From: Eledone cirrhosa
Lineage: Eukaryota
NCBI GenBank assembly: GCA_964016885.1
Contig: OZ024743.1
Location: 84,630,001 to 84,694,000 of the forward strand
Direction: 5' to 3'
Length of the DNA: 64,000 nt
Positions 38,951-54,252 of this stretch are shown here, piece after piece (position 1 is the stretch's first letter; every line of letters starts with the position of its first letter). The position numbers were made by a program, and so were the translations under genes. The notes beneath the pieces are model-generated. The model was not told the origin of the DNA. It saw only the letters and a list, made by a program, of their open reading frames with translations, and searched no databases.

Positions 38951-41080
38951 ATATTGTAGGGGAGAAGTGTGTCCTTAATGATAATGGTGTACTTGCCATC
39001 ACTGATGCTGATAAGAAGGTAGCTTGGAAGTGTCACTACAAAAGGCTACTAAATGAGGAGAATAAATGGGAGAAAGACAGTCTCCCCCACATCAATCCAA
39101 TAGAGGGACTAGCAGTGCAAGTTGAAGGTAGTATAATAAGTAAGGCGATCAAAGACATGAAGACGGGCAAGGCGGCTGGGCCTTCGGAAATAGTTGCTGA
39201 AATGCTGAAAGCATCTGGAACGGTGGGACACACTATGGTCACTCGGATAGTAAACCAAGTCATACAGAATGGGGTCGTTCCGAAGGACTGGCGCAGCAGC
39301 ATCATCATTAACTGCTACAAGGGTAAAGCTGATGCCCTAGATAGGGGAAACTATAGAGGCATTAAATTAATTGACTAGGTCATGAAGGTCACAGAAAAAG
39401 TAATAGCGCAACTAATCAGAGAGCGAATTAATCTAGACGAAATGCAGTTCGGGTTTGTGTCAGGTAAAAGTACCACAGACGCTCTCTTCATTGTACGACA
39501 ACTACAGGAGAAGTACCTAGCTAAAAGTATACCCCTATACTTAGCCTTTGTTGACTTGGAGAAAGCCTTTGACAGAGTACCCCGCTCGATTATCTGGTGG
39601 GCCCTTAGAAAACTAGGTGTTGATGAATGGCTTGTGAGACCTATACAAGCCATGTATAAAGAAACAGTCAGCAAGGTTAGAATTCAGGCTATAACAGAGG
39701 AGTTCAAGACCGGCTGCCCGTGGGAACTCCTATATGCGGATGATCTAACGCTCATAGCTGAATCAATGGCTGAACTAGAGAAGAAATTCCAAACATGGAA
39801 TCATGGCCTAGAATCAAAAGGCCTTAAAGTTAACTTGTCTAAAACTAAAATTCTAGTTTGTAGGAAGGAAAATAGGGCAGCGGTCCCATCTGGGAAATGG
39901 CCATGCTCAGTGTGTAGGAAAGGAGTAGGCAGAAACTCCATTTTATGTCCCAAATGCAAAGTATGGGTGCATAAAAGATGTGGGATCACAGGTAAGCTAA
40001 CTAAGAATATAGATTTTATATATGGCCGGTGCTCTGGTGTAATAAGTAGCAGCAAGTGCCCACAGAATACTAACTCATTCCATTGCACAGATGGTTCTAT
40101 AGAAATAGTGGACAGCTTCCATTACTTGGGTGACAAAATCAGCAGTGGGGGAGGGTGCTCTGAAAGTACAGTAGCTAGAGTCAGAACGGGATGGAAAAAG
40201 TTCAGAGAGCTTATACCACTATTGGCCGCTAAAGGGTTCTCTCTAAAAATGAAAGGCAGGTTGTATGATGCCTGCATACAAACAGTTATGTTACATGGCA
40301 GTGAGACTTGGGCATTGTGTGCAGAGGATATACGCAGACTGGAGAGAAACGAAGCTTGCATGCTCCGCTGGAGGTGTAATAGTAATATACGTGAACGGCA
40401 AAGCATAAACGAACTAAGGGAGAAATTAGGAATAAGAGGGATCAGATGTTGTTTACTCGAGAGAAGACTACGTTGGTATGGTCACGTGATGCGCATGAAA
40501 GATGACAGCTGTATAAAAAAGTGCAGGGCAATAAAAATAGACGGTAGCCACGGAGTAGGCAGACCCAGAAAAACCTGGGACGACTTGATAAATTCCGACC
40601 TCACACACTTACACCTCTCCAAGACAATGTCACTGGACCGAGATCTTTGGCGCTACACAGTAATAGAGAAGACTCGCCTTACCTAAGTGCAAAGTGAAAC
40701 CTACTACAGTCAGTTGGCACCTCTAACAAAATACACCCACGTCCCACTACCCCCACCCCATCCACACCACCCCTTTCAATGTAAAGTTATGTTGGTACCA
40801 CAACATCCAGCCCGAAACAAATGAGGTCGTGTAGGTGTCACGACAAAAAAACACACAGTCTACGCTGTAATGTGGCCATGTAGGTAACATGATAAAAACC
40901 TCTCAGTTCCACACTGTAAATGTGGTTGGTGTTAGGAAGGGCATCCAGCTGTAGAAAACCCGCCAGACAGTCCTATGCGAGCAAGACAACCACTCTTGCC
41001 TCAAGTGGGAAAACTCCCGTCCAAACCCATGCAAGCGTGGAATATGGACGTTAAACGATGATGATGATGATGATGATGAT
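38951..41080 (+). mobile_element. 5'-truncated RTE LINE copy 3, tandem to copy 2, with an 87-nt internal deletion
   Basis: ORFs 38920-39378 and 39382-40686. It lacks the [10 protein letters not shown] segment and ends in a (GAT)n tail. Confidence 0.95.
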
Positions 41081-41085
41081 ATGTA

Positions 41086-41119
<34 letters not shown>

Positions 41120-41722
41120 GTTAGAGAAGCCAAAAATTGCTTATTGTGATCCAGTTTTTGGTTAAGAAAGCCAGTTTCATGGATGGTTTCAACGTACGGT
41201 TAGGGGTAACTCCACAAGTTTGTAAGAATTCTGTTCAATCTTGGAGTATAAAGTATAAAAGGGAAAACACAGGTAAGCATTAAGAGAAGGATTTTATCCA
41301 GGTATTTACGACCGTTTCATTGGTAAGTGCAACCTTATATTGCTATACTGCAAATAGCAGCCACTCAATTATAATTGTTGTTCACAGTCCAAATTTTCAA
41401 AATAGTGAGTTACTCTTGAAATAATTCTTAATATATAGAGAAAAACATTTATTTGGAATTGTATTTACTAGTATATAGAGAGAGGAATCAGGAGGTGAGG
41501 GGACAGACGGCATAGTATAGAGAGAGAGGAAGGGGGAAGAGGTAGGAAGTAGAATGACAAACTGAGATGGAGGGAGGGGTAGAGGTGGAATGATTTTTTG
41601 GTCAGTTTTGATAGCAGACATCATGTCGTGGAGTGTAGTGAGTTAAAGAGAATTAAATAGATAATAGTGGGAGGGATGGATAGAGAGGGAGAGAGAGAGA
41701 GGGGGGAGATATAAAGAGATAA

Positions 41723-41759
<37 letters not shown>

Positions 41760-41786
41760 TACATACACACATATATACACACATAC

Positions 41787-41850
<64 letters not shown>

Positions 41851-42978
41851 ACTCATACATACATACACACATATATATATATAATAAATAAAAATAAAGA
41901 TAATAATGTAAATGTGGTTGGTGTTAGGAAGGGCATCCAGCTGTAGAAAACCCGCCAGACAGTCCTATGCGAGCAAGACAACCACTCTTGCCTCAAGTGG
42001 GAAAACCCCTGTCCAAACCCATGCAAGCGTGGAACACGGACGCTAAACCTGATGATGATGATGATGATGATGAATGACAAAAATAAAAGCAAAGAAGGGG
42101 GTGAGAAAGAAGAAAAGAAAAGATAGCCAAGAAGGGGGAAGGAAGGAAGAAAGAAAACGAAGAAATATAAGAAGAATGAGGGAGAAGAGGGGGATATATG
42201 TATTGGTTTTGTGGGTAATTAAAGGGTTTAGATATTAGAGGGTATAAAGTCTAAGTATATGCAGTTTGTCAGTTGGTAGTAAGAGGTTAAGGGTTCGATT
42301 TGTAGTGCGAAAACTTCTCTTTGAGTCTATGGTTACAATAAATTGATCTCTCAATTTTATTGTTGAGTAACCTATTCTTCGAACTTAAGATGTGGAACAG
42401 CTCAAGGTCGCATAATCGACAGCTTCTCATACCACTCCGATATGGGGGCGCGTTCGATAATTTTTTCCCCTTCAGGGTGTATTGATGGTTACTTTCCCTC
42501 AGTTGCCAGGTCTTGTTTGCAAGGGTAGTTACATAACGGTGCTGGGAATGTTTCATTGCGTAACGGTGTGTATACCAACGAGCTTTAAATGTATTCCCAG
42601 TCGCTCCGATGTAATACCATTTCTGGTTGTCTGATACCACTGTGCATTGGTAAACCAGGTTAGACTGCATACATTCATTTTGTAATGGACAGGTTTCAGG
42701 TAGGTGGCAGTTACATTTCTTGTTATGGGCAACTTTGGCATTATTTGTGGGCTGCGATGCCTGAACAAGTGTGTTACGTTTTGTTTGCCTATTAGCGGGT
42801 GGTTGTGTATTAGATATTCTGTTGTGTTCGGTGGTAATTGTATTGTTATTGTTGTAAATTTGTGTTTTGGTGTTGTTATGTATCTTTTTAGCGTTAAGCA
42901 TCTTAATGTGTGTCTCTATATTTGGTGCCGTAGATTTAGTGTTAAGGATTTTGCTGTATCTATGTGAATCTGGAAAGT
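41120..42978 (-). mobile_element. Penelope-like element 3' part (GIY-YIG endonuclease 42287-42901, then interrupted 3' repeat)
   Basis: CNC...[26 protein letters not shown]......C.H. Confidence 0.85.
41303..41404 (-). ncRNA. Hammerhead-like motif with U3-A8 core
   Basis: UAUU-UUGAAAA-uUUGG...CCAAu-GAAAC-GGUC-GUA/AAUA. Confidence 0.5.
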
Positions 42979-42980
42979 GC

Positions 42981-42987
42981 CTATATG

Positions 42988-43046
<59 letters not shown>

Positions 43047-43111
43047 GTATGTATATATATATATATGTATGTATATATATATATATGTATGTATATATAT
43101 ATATATGTATG

Positions 43112-43144
<33 letters not shown>

Positions 43145-43191
43145 GTATGTATATATATATATATATGTATGTATATATATATATATGTATG

Positions 43192-43268
<77 letters not shown>

Positions 43269-43335
43269 ATATATATATATATACATGTATGTATATATAT
43301 ATATATATATGTATGTATATATATATATATGTATG

Positions 43336-43366
<31 letters not shown>

Positions 43367-43611
43367 ATATATATATATGTATGTATGTATATATATATAT
43401 ATGTATGTATGTATATATATATGTATGTATGTATGTATATATATATGTATGTATGTATGTATATATATATATATATGTATGTATGTATATATATATATAT
43501 ATGTATGTATGTATATATATATGTATGTATGTATATATATATGTATGTATGTATATATATATATATGTATGTATATATATATATATGTATGTATGTATAT
43601 ATATATATATG

Positions 43612-43686
<75 letters not shown>

Positions 43687-43849
43687 GTATGTATGTATAT
43701 ATATATATATGTATGTATATATATATATATATGTATGTATGTATATATATATATATGTATATATATATATGTATGTATGTATATATATATATATATGTAT
43801 GTATATATATATATATATGTATGTATATATATATATATATGTATGTATA

Positions 43850-43882
<33 letters not shown>

Positions 43883-43933
43883 ATATATATATATGTATGT
43901 ATGTATATATATATATATATATATGTATGTATA

Positions 43934-43966
<33 letters not shown>

Positions 43967-43981
43967 ATGTATGTATGTATA

Positions 43982-44014
<33 letters not shown>

Positions 44015-44041
44015 ATGTATGTATGTATGTATGTATGTATA

Positions 44042-44074
<33 letters not shown>

Positions 44075-44211
44075 ATGTATGTATGTATGTATGTATGTAT
44101 ATATATATATATATATATGTATGTATATATATATATGTATGTATGTATGTATATATATGTATGTATGTATATATATGTATGTATGTATGTATATATATGT
44201 ATGTATGTATG

Positions 44212-44242
<31 letters not shown>

Positions 44243-44372
44243 ATATATATATGTATGTATGTATGTATATATATGTATATGTATGTATATATATGTATGT
44301 ATGTATATGTATGTATATATATGTATGTATGTATATGTATGTATGTATATATATATATATGTATGTATTATG

Positions 44373-44403
<31 letters not shown>

Positions 44404-44510
44404 GTATGTATGTATATATATATGTATGTATGTATGTATATATATATGTATGTATATATATATGTATGTATATATATATATGTATGTATATATATATATA
44501 TGTATGTATA
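42981..44510. repeat. Compound (TA)n/(TATG)n microsatellite, ~1.5 kb
   Basis: Direct. Similar arrays at 35075-35415, 36025-36290, 36850-37440 and 45300-45510. Confidence 0.98.
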
Positions 44511-44660
44511 CAGTAGTTTCCGTTGTGTTGTAATATAAATATTACACACAGTAGATTATCAGCTCACGTAGAGTTTGCTCGACGGTTCCAGTTGTAGTTC
44601 CAAAAGTAATCCGGAGAAAAATAGAAAGATTTGAATGGATACAGTTTAGTTGAAAGGAAT

Positions 44661-44687
44661 TTATTGACACGTGTTTCTATAACAGTA

Positions 44688-44718
<31 letters not shown>

Positions 44719-44810
44719 CATAACCTAAAACAGCTGCTATCTACAAACTTTTAGTTATGCAGACATTCAATATTTCAATGTTATTATTTACTGTCATTTC
44801 ATCAGAATAA
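44661..44810 (-). ncRNA. Same pLTR hammerhead with a TA microsatellite inside stem II
   Basis: Reverse complement of 48019-48138 plus ~30 nt of (TA)n at about 44690-44720. Confidence 0.65.
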
Positions 44811-45362
44811 TATTACTGAGGACCTATTTAGTTTTTATAGAGAATATTAGGAGGGAGGGGTGAAGTTGTTAGAAGAATAGTTGAAGGAGTGGTTTTTCAA
44901 TAGCAGTGAGAATTCTTGGTGGCAGTGAGTAATTAGATTCCCATCTGTTGTTTTGACATTTTTTATAGAATATATTATTGGTTATTTTTCTAAATCTATA
45001 GAAGGATTAGAGATAGTAAAGATATGCGTGGTTGGTTTTGTGTTTGCACTTAATTAACATTCAGACTTAAATTTTTCTTTCAAGTGTACGTATCCTTTCA
45101 CCCACGCATTCACACACAAATATATTTGCACACCTCTACAAAATACATATATTCACAATTCACATATTCATACTTACATATATATACACATGCATACACA
45201 TATATATACACACATGTATTCATGTACATACATACGCGCTCATGTGTATACATTTTCATACTCAACTTATCTTTATATACACACGTATAGACACACACAT
45301 ATATACATACATACTCTAGTCCATGTGTACACACATACACATACATACACATCCATATACAC

Positions 45363-45471
<109 letters not shown>

Positions 45472-48018
45472 TATATACACACATATATATACATATATAT
45501 ATATAAGCACTTTAATACATGAATACACTTACATCTAACTATACACATCAAACATATATATATATTTACTTATTTATATACATTTTCACATATATATACA
45601 TACTTATGGACGTTTTTTGACACATTCATTATCGCATATTTGTACCTATTCTCATCAGCATATCTTTCCATTATTAGTGTGGTAATTTAAGGTTATTAAT
45701 ATATGTTGAGAAGAGATTGTTTTTATATTTTTCTAACTAGATTAAGGTTTATATAGTTGGGGGATGTCCCTCTTTTATGTAATATTCGGCTTGTAGTGGG
45801 GAAAAAAGGGTTTTAGTTCTGTGACGGCAGAATAATGTTCGTTCAATTCTGTTATTCAGCAGTTTCTTCTTGTGTGTGATTATGTAATAAATCTCAAGAT
45901 TACACAATTTGCAGAAATTTTGGCTCCTGGAAAAGCTTTGGGTTTTAGCTAATTTTTCCCATTTTAGGGTAAACTTTTGATCGCTATCCCTGAGCGTCCA
46001 AGCTTTTTCTGCTAAAGTTGTTACATTTCTTTGGCTCTGGTGTTTTATTGAGTAAGAATGCCTATACAATCGAGATTTAAACGATGTTGCCGTTGATCCC
46101 ACGTAATACCACTCGTTGCCTCCGGATTTAATGGTACACTTATAAATAATATTTTTTTCCAGGCAGTTATTGCCGAGGGGGCAGTTGTCAGGATAGGTGC
46201 AGTTACAGTTGTGTACGTTGGGTTTTCTCTGGAGTAGTATTGCGGACGAACTTAGGTGTGGTTTATTTATGTTCTGTAGTGTATTGTCTACTGTTTTTTT
46301 TGTGTTCTTTGTACTTAAGTTCTTAGTGTTTTCGTTTAACCTTCTAGTATTGATCTTTTTTATGTGTTGTTCAAGGTTTAACGCTGTAGAGTATGACAGT
46401 CTTATAGTGGTAGGGTTTAGGATTTTGTGGTATTTGTGTGATGTGGGAAAATGTCTTTTAATTATTTTAAAGAAGAGTACTGGTAAATTTGTACTAATGG
46501 AACTATTGTATTCGGGGTTATACCATAAGTACTCTTTGCATCGCTTTCTATTAGTTTTGTTTGTTGGTTTACTGGTGTGCATACTATGGTAGTAAGTGTG
46601 GTTTGGTGTTGTGTTATTATATCTACCTATGTGGGATTTATTTTGGGTGTTTTGATTGTTCCCATCTATGTACTCTATTTTGTTGAGGTAGCCTGCTTTA
46701 CTAAGGGCGTTATCGTAGTACTCGGCGTGTTCCTTAAATACTTGTATGTTAGAAGATAGACCCGAGATTCTAAGGGAAATATTTTTAGGGATAGATTTAA
46801 TTATAGAGATGGGGTGGTTAGACCCAACATTTACGTATTTGAGATTTTCATTCAATTTATGAAACGGTTTAATCAAACCAGAGTTTAAATTGAGTGTGAC
46901 ATCCAGGAAGTTAACTACTTTAAGGTTGTATTCATATGTTATAGTTAGTCCTATTTCGAGTAGTAGTTTTCTTATATCTTTGCGTAGTTTTTCTAGTTTT
47001 TGGTTATTAAGGTTTTTAGCTAGGAGGAGAACATCGTCGCGGTATATTCCGCCGTGGAGATTGCTGAATTTTTCCTGGAGTCTAAAGGCGATAAATAACC
47101 CCACAATATCAGTTATTTCCGCCGAATCGTTAGAGCCCATTGTTATGTCAAAGTTAGAGGGTCTATCTTTACGTACCCAATAACTGTTCTCAAATTTGAC
47201 TATAGTTTTCCTAGCTTCTAATATAATCTTAATTTCATCGTTTGTAAGGTCAGAGTTATCCTTAGCAAACTTAATGGCTCTATTCAAAGTTTCAGGTGAT
47301 ATCGATGAGTAATATTCATCGATATCAAACTGGATAAACTTAGATTTATTCTTATTGCTAATGCTATTAAACCATCTTATTGCTTCTTGGGTCTTCCCCC
47401 AGAGTTTAATGTTAACCTTAGCCTTAATTTGGGGGATGATTCTATCTAAGATATATTTGCTTATTTTACCTATATCTGATTTAGAGGGGCAGATTAATCT
47501 AATTTTAGGGTCATTATCAAAGTTTACCTTGTGGTCCTTAAGATTGAAGGTGGGTACCGCCGGTAAGAGTGGTCCTGTCCTATCTTCGATTCCGAGATTT
47601 TTCACTATTTCGCATGCCTCATCATTGATGTGCTTAAGGGTTACTTCACTCGTTTTTCTATATTTTTTATGTAATTCTTTTCGAATGAAGTTGTTGTATG
47701 TAGTGCAATCCATAGTGTACAGGTTTGATGTTTTGTCCGCTTTTACTACAATTCCTTTGGTGTTTTTAAGGTCGTCCAGTAGTTTTTTTATATCTTTCTG
47801 TAATTTGCTGTTGGTGTTGCGTCCTTTCTATAGATTTAGAAAAATAACCAATAATATATTCTATAAAAAATGTCAAAACAACAGATGGGAATCTAATTAC
47901 TCACTGCCACCAAGAATTCTCACTGCTATCGAAAAACCACTCCTTCAACTATTCTTCTAACAACTTCACCCCTCCCTCCTAATATTCTCTATAAAAACTA
48001 AATAGGTCCTCAGTAATA

Positions 48019-48138
48019 TTATTCTGATGAAATGACAGTAAATAATAACATTGAAATATTGAATGTCTGCATAACTAAAAGTTTGTAGATAGCAGCTGTT
48101 TTAGGTTATGTAACTGTTATAGAAACACGTGTCAATAA
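48019..48138 (+). ncRNA. Penelope pLTR hammerhead with extended stem II
   Basis: UUAUU-CUGAUGA-a-AUGACAGU...ACUGUUAU-a-GAAAC-ACGU-GUC/AAUAA. Confidence 0.72.
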
Positions 48139-48180
48139 ATTCCTTTCAACTAAACTGTATCCATTCAAATCTTTCTATTC

Positions 48181-49400
<1,220 letters not shown>

Positions 49401-51178
49401 AATTAATAAAAACAAAGAAACAGTTCCTTATATTAAAAGATTCATCATTTTACGATCGTTTCTAGGATATATATGTGTTTGTGTTGGTATGTATATCATA
49501 CAGATCTATGTAAAATTTTTACAAACTATCAGAGGGAATATACATACCTACACATATATATGCTGTCTTCAGAAATAATTATTTCTACTTTAGGCACAAG
49601 GCCAGCAATTATCCAGTGCATTACTGGTACTTTATTTTATCGACCCCGTAAGGATGAAAGGCAAAGTCAACCTCGGTGGGATTTGAACTCAGATCGTAAA
49701 GGGACGTAACTATGCTGGAAACAGAAATAATGATATTTGTTTATTGAAAAAACCAACAAAGATTTAATATAATAGGTCTGTTTGGGAACAGGTTTTGAAT
49801 TGACCAATAGAAAGGTAGTAAGTGGTCAAGATGGTAGAATAGTAGTAATGGAACTTTAATTTAGGGGTAGAGGAGAGCAGACTTCAGTTTTGAATGGAAA
49901 GAGTATGATGAATGAAAAGATTATTTTAGGGATGAAAATAGGTCAGGTCGGTAAAAGGTACACGACAAATTGATGTTATAAAAAGAATAATGCTAATGTA
50001 AATATCTAAGGAGTAAAATTTTACGGTAAATGTGTTAGTGAAAAATATCAATCTTATTTAAAATATAGGGAATTTACATCTATAAAGAAAATAAATTAAT
50101 TAAATTAATAGGTATATTTATATTGATAAATTTATATTAATTCATATAGATATGATAAATAAGAGTTAGATGTAATTGAAGAATGTTGTTAAAAACGAAG
50201 GGAAAATAAAAAAATAATAATAATAATTGGGGGGGGGGTAAATGTATTAGTGAGAAATAACAAATTTATATAGATTATAAGGAATATAGATTCATAACCT
50301 GAAACTAAAATAGTTTATATGTATACTTATTGGTATAAATTTTAGGAAAAGATAGCTGTAAAAGGGAAATAAAATTATGCAGTTCATTAGTAGTAGAATA
50401 TTAATTATAGGTTAACCAATTTTAAAAAAACAAAAAAAAAAACAATTATTATAATAATTTGTAAAGTGTATATTAATTAGGTTTATAATATTTAAAAGTT
50501 CTTCTAATTTTATGATTACATGATATAATTAATTCTTGTCGCTTGTTTAATAGGATATCCTTAGATCTCATTATTTCAAAAAGTTCCTGGGATCATAATC
50601 TACTATTTTGATAAGGGGTGGTCCTTTTGAGCACACTCCAGGTCAGGTTATAATCGATATTCTTTTTTCTATAATTATTAATTATTTCAGCTAAGGATGT
50701 TGTATTAGCTAATGCGGCATTTTTAAAACTGTGTTTGTGGGTATTAAATCTTTAAATTGGTTAGAAGTAGCTCCTATATATGAATAAGTTGAGTCCTTAG
50801 TGTTAATTTTACATTTATATACTATGTTATTAATAAGGCATTTTCCTTTTAATGGGCAATTTGCTTTGTTTCTACAGTTACAACCTTTTGTGAATGTTGT
50901 ATCAGAGGAGATAGTCAAATTAGGTGTGGAATTTTCTCGACTTGTTGTATGTGAATGAGATGGTGGTTTGCTGTGGTTTATTTTAGAATTATGGTTAGTT
51001 CGATGTATTGGTGGTATATTTATGGTTTTTTTACATTGACTTTTTTTATCTTGACTCTGTTTTCCAGTGTTTTTCATCGAAAAAATTTTGAATACATCTT
51101 CTCTTTTCATGATATTTGGATTACATTGAGTTCTTCATACGGATTGGACACTACCGTACATTTTGGTAGATTTATCTA
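49401..51178 (-). mobile_element. Third Penelope-like remnant (GIY-YIG ~50470-51110, AT-rich 3' region, terminal HHR, SINE insertion)
   Basis: GCNCR.K.NCPL.GKC...IVYKC...YSYIGATSN.FK; frameshifted. Confidence 0.8.
49446..49577 (-). ncRNA. Hammerhead with extended stem II at the third Penelope terminus
   Basis: UAUUU-CUGAAGA-cagcAUAUAUAUGUGU...ACACAUAUAUAUccua-GAAAC-GAUC-GUA/AAAUG. Confidence 0.7.
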
Positions 51179-51196
51179 CATATATATATATATATA

Positions 51197-51265
<69 letters not shown>

Positions 51266-51472
51266 ATGTGTGTGTGTGTTTGTGTGTGTATATGTGTGTG
51301 TGTGTGTATATATGTGTGTGTGTGTGTATATATATATGTGTGTGTGTATATATATATATGTGTGTGTGTGTGTATATATATGTGTGTGTGTGTGTGTATA
51401 TATGTGTGTGTGTGTGTGTATGTGTGTGTGTGTATATATATGTGTGTGTGTATATATATGTGTGTGTGTATA

Positions 51473-51505
<33 letters not shown>

Positions 51506-51636
51506 ATATGTATGTGTGTGTGTGTGTATATATATGTGTGTGTATGTATATATATATATATATATGTGTGTGTATATATATATATATATGTGTATGTATA
51601 TATATATATATATATATGTGTGTGTATATATATATA

Positions 51637-51667
<31 letters not shown>

Positions 51668-52110
51668 GTGTGTATATATATATATGTATGTGTATATATA
51701 TATATATATGTATGTGTATATATATATATAAATATATATGTATGTGTATATATATATAAATATATGTGTATATATGTGTATATATATATAAATATATATG
51801 TATGTATATATATATAAATATATATGTATGTATATATATATAAATATATATGTATGTATATATATATAAATATATATGTATGTATATATATATAAATATA
51901 TATGTATGTATATATATATAAATATATATGTATGTATATATATATAAATATATATGTATGTATATATATATAAATATATATGTATGTGTGTATATATATA
52001 TAAATATATATGTATGTGTGTATATATATATAAATATATATGTATGTGTGTATATATATATAAATATATATGTATGTGTGTATATATATATAAATATATA
52101 TGTATGTGTG

Positions 52111-52141
<31 letters not shown>

Positions 52142-52157
52142 ATATATATATATATAT

Positions 52158-52215
<58 letters not shown>

Positions 52216-52562
52216 ATATATATATATATGTATGTGTATATATATATATATAAATATATATGTATGTGTGTATATATATATAAATATATATGTATGTGTG
52301 TTTATATATATAAATATATATGTATGTGTGTATATAAATATGTATGTATGTGTGTATATATATATATATAAATATGTATGTATGTATATATATATATATA
52401 TGTATGTATATATATATACATACATATATATATATGTGTATATATATATACATACATATATATGTGTATATATATATAAATACATACATATATATGCGTG
52501 TATATATATATATGTATGTGTATATGTGTATATATATGTGTGTATATATGTATATATGTATA
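51179..52562. repeat. Compound (TG)n/(TA)n/(TAAA) microsatellite, ~1.4 kb
   Basis: Direct. Confidence 0.98.
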
Positions 52563-52563
52563 T

Positions 52564-52998
52564 GAGGGCACATGGCTTAGTGGTTAGAGCATTGGGCTTG
52601 CAATCAAAAGGTTGTGAGTTCAATTCTGATGTGTTGTTTCCTTGAGCAAGACACATCATTTCACATTGCTCCAGTTTACTCAGCTGTAGAAATGAGATGA
52701 TAGGACTGGGGTCCCTATCATTCCACTGCAAAGTGGTCATGGAGGTACCATGGCAAAAAAGCACCCAGCCCACACTGTAAAGTGGACGTGTAGGCGCCAC
52801 GGAAAAAAAGCACCCAGCACTCACTGTAAATGAGGTTGGTGTTAGGAAGGGCATCCAGCTGTAGAAATCAAGCCAGAATCAGTTTCCATATGAGCAAGAC
52901 AAGGTCAGCTGACCGGACAAGGCCTACAACAGAACAACCCGTCTAACCCATGCTAGCGTGGAAGAATAGATGTAAAACGGTGATGATGATGATGAATG
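52564..52998 (+). mobile_element. Family-B SINE (CORE-like, RTE tail)
   Basis: tggcttagtggttagagc A box, gagttcaattc B box, ccttgagcaagacac, RTE-type tail. Confidence 0.88.
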
Positions 52999-53265
52999 AT
53001 ATGTGTATATATATGTATATATATATATATGTGTGTGTGTATATATATATGTGTGTGTATATATATATATATGTGAGTGTGTATATATATATATATGTGT
53101 GTGTGTGTATGTATATATATATGTGTGTGTATATAGTAAGGTGTTGTGCGGTGTTGTACAGCTTCTTGGTTTTGTCGGAGGTGACGAAGAGGTGTGTGTA
53201 TATATATGTGTGTATGTATATATATATGTGTGTATATATGTGTGTATATATATATGTATATATAT

Positions 53266-53601
53266 ATCATCATTTCATTTTATGTCCGCTTTTTCCCTGC
53301 TTGCAAGGGTGAGACGCGAACTGATTCTGGCTTGATTTCTACAGCTGGATGCCCTTCCTAACACCAACCTCATTTACAGTGAGTGCTGGGTGCTTTTTAG
53401 CCGTGGCACCTCCACGACCACTTTGCAGTGGAATGATATGGACCTCGGTCCCTATCATCTCATTTCTACAGCTGAGTAAACTGGAGCAATGTGAAATAAA
53501 GTGTCTTGCTCAAGGAAACGACACATCACCCGGTCTGAGAATTGAACTCACAACCTTTCGATTGCAAGGCCAATGCTCTAACCACTAAGCCATGTGCCTC
53601 C
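53266..53601 (-). mobile_element. Family-B SINE, inverted relative to the 52564 copy
   Basis: Reverse complement of the same family. Confidence 0.88.
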
Positions 53602-53673
53602 ATGTGTATATATATATGTATATTTATGTGTAAATATATGTGTATAATATATGTGTATAAATATATGTGTAAA

Positions 53674-53716
<43 letters not shown>

Positions 53717-54030
53717 CTGGTACTGTGATAAAAGGTACCCAATGCACTCTGTAAAGTACAGAAATTTATGAAAACAAGTTACAGACCCTGCCTGTCTGAG
53801 AAGTCAGTGGCACCAATTAAGTACTGACTTAGTCTGTGATGATCTGTTAAGCCCATGCTAATAGGGAAAACTGGTGTTAAATGATGATGATCATGATGTG
53901 TTAACTGAATGTCTAGATATATCTCTACTGTAATCATCACCATTAACTAGTGGTATTGAAAGTAAAATATATGTCAAATAAACTTTGTATGTTTATTTCT
54001 TCATTGAAATTCTGTTTCTTTGTTCTTTAG

Positions 54031-54093
54031 TGTAATGCTGACATGTGGATTGTGGCCCAAGCCTATGTCTTCTTTGAAAAACTCATTCTAAAA
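54031..54093 (+). CDS. CABLES1: CABLES exon (CNADMWIVAQAYVFFEKLILK), 63 nt
   Basis: ttgttctttag acceptor and AAA|gtaagc donor, phase 0 to 0. Resembles VAMAFVYFEKLALK of the cyclin-box-like domain. Confidence 0.95.
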
Positions 54094-54202
54094 GTAAGCT
54101 TACAATCATTCTTAATTTTTTCATTACCAGTGACCCATGCTGACAATAATGACGTCAATAGCATTGAATGCATTTAATTTTTTTAGTCCAGGATTGGTAT
54201 GT

Positions 54203-54246
<44 letters not shown>

Positions 54247-54252
<6 letters not shown>

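Noticed and set aside
42867-44549. YI/YM/CV-rich ORFs up to 560 aa (also 35001-37501, 48129-49465, 50955-52854)
   Set aside because: TA/TG microsatellites that lack stop codons by composition.
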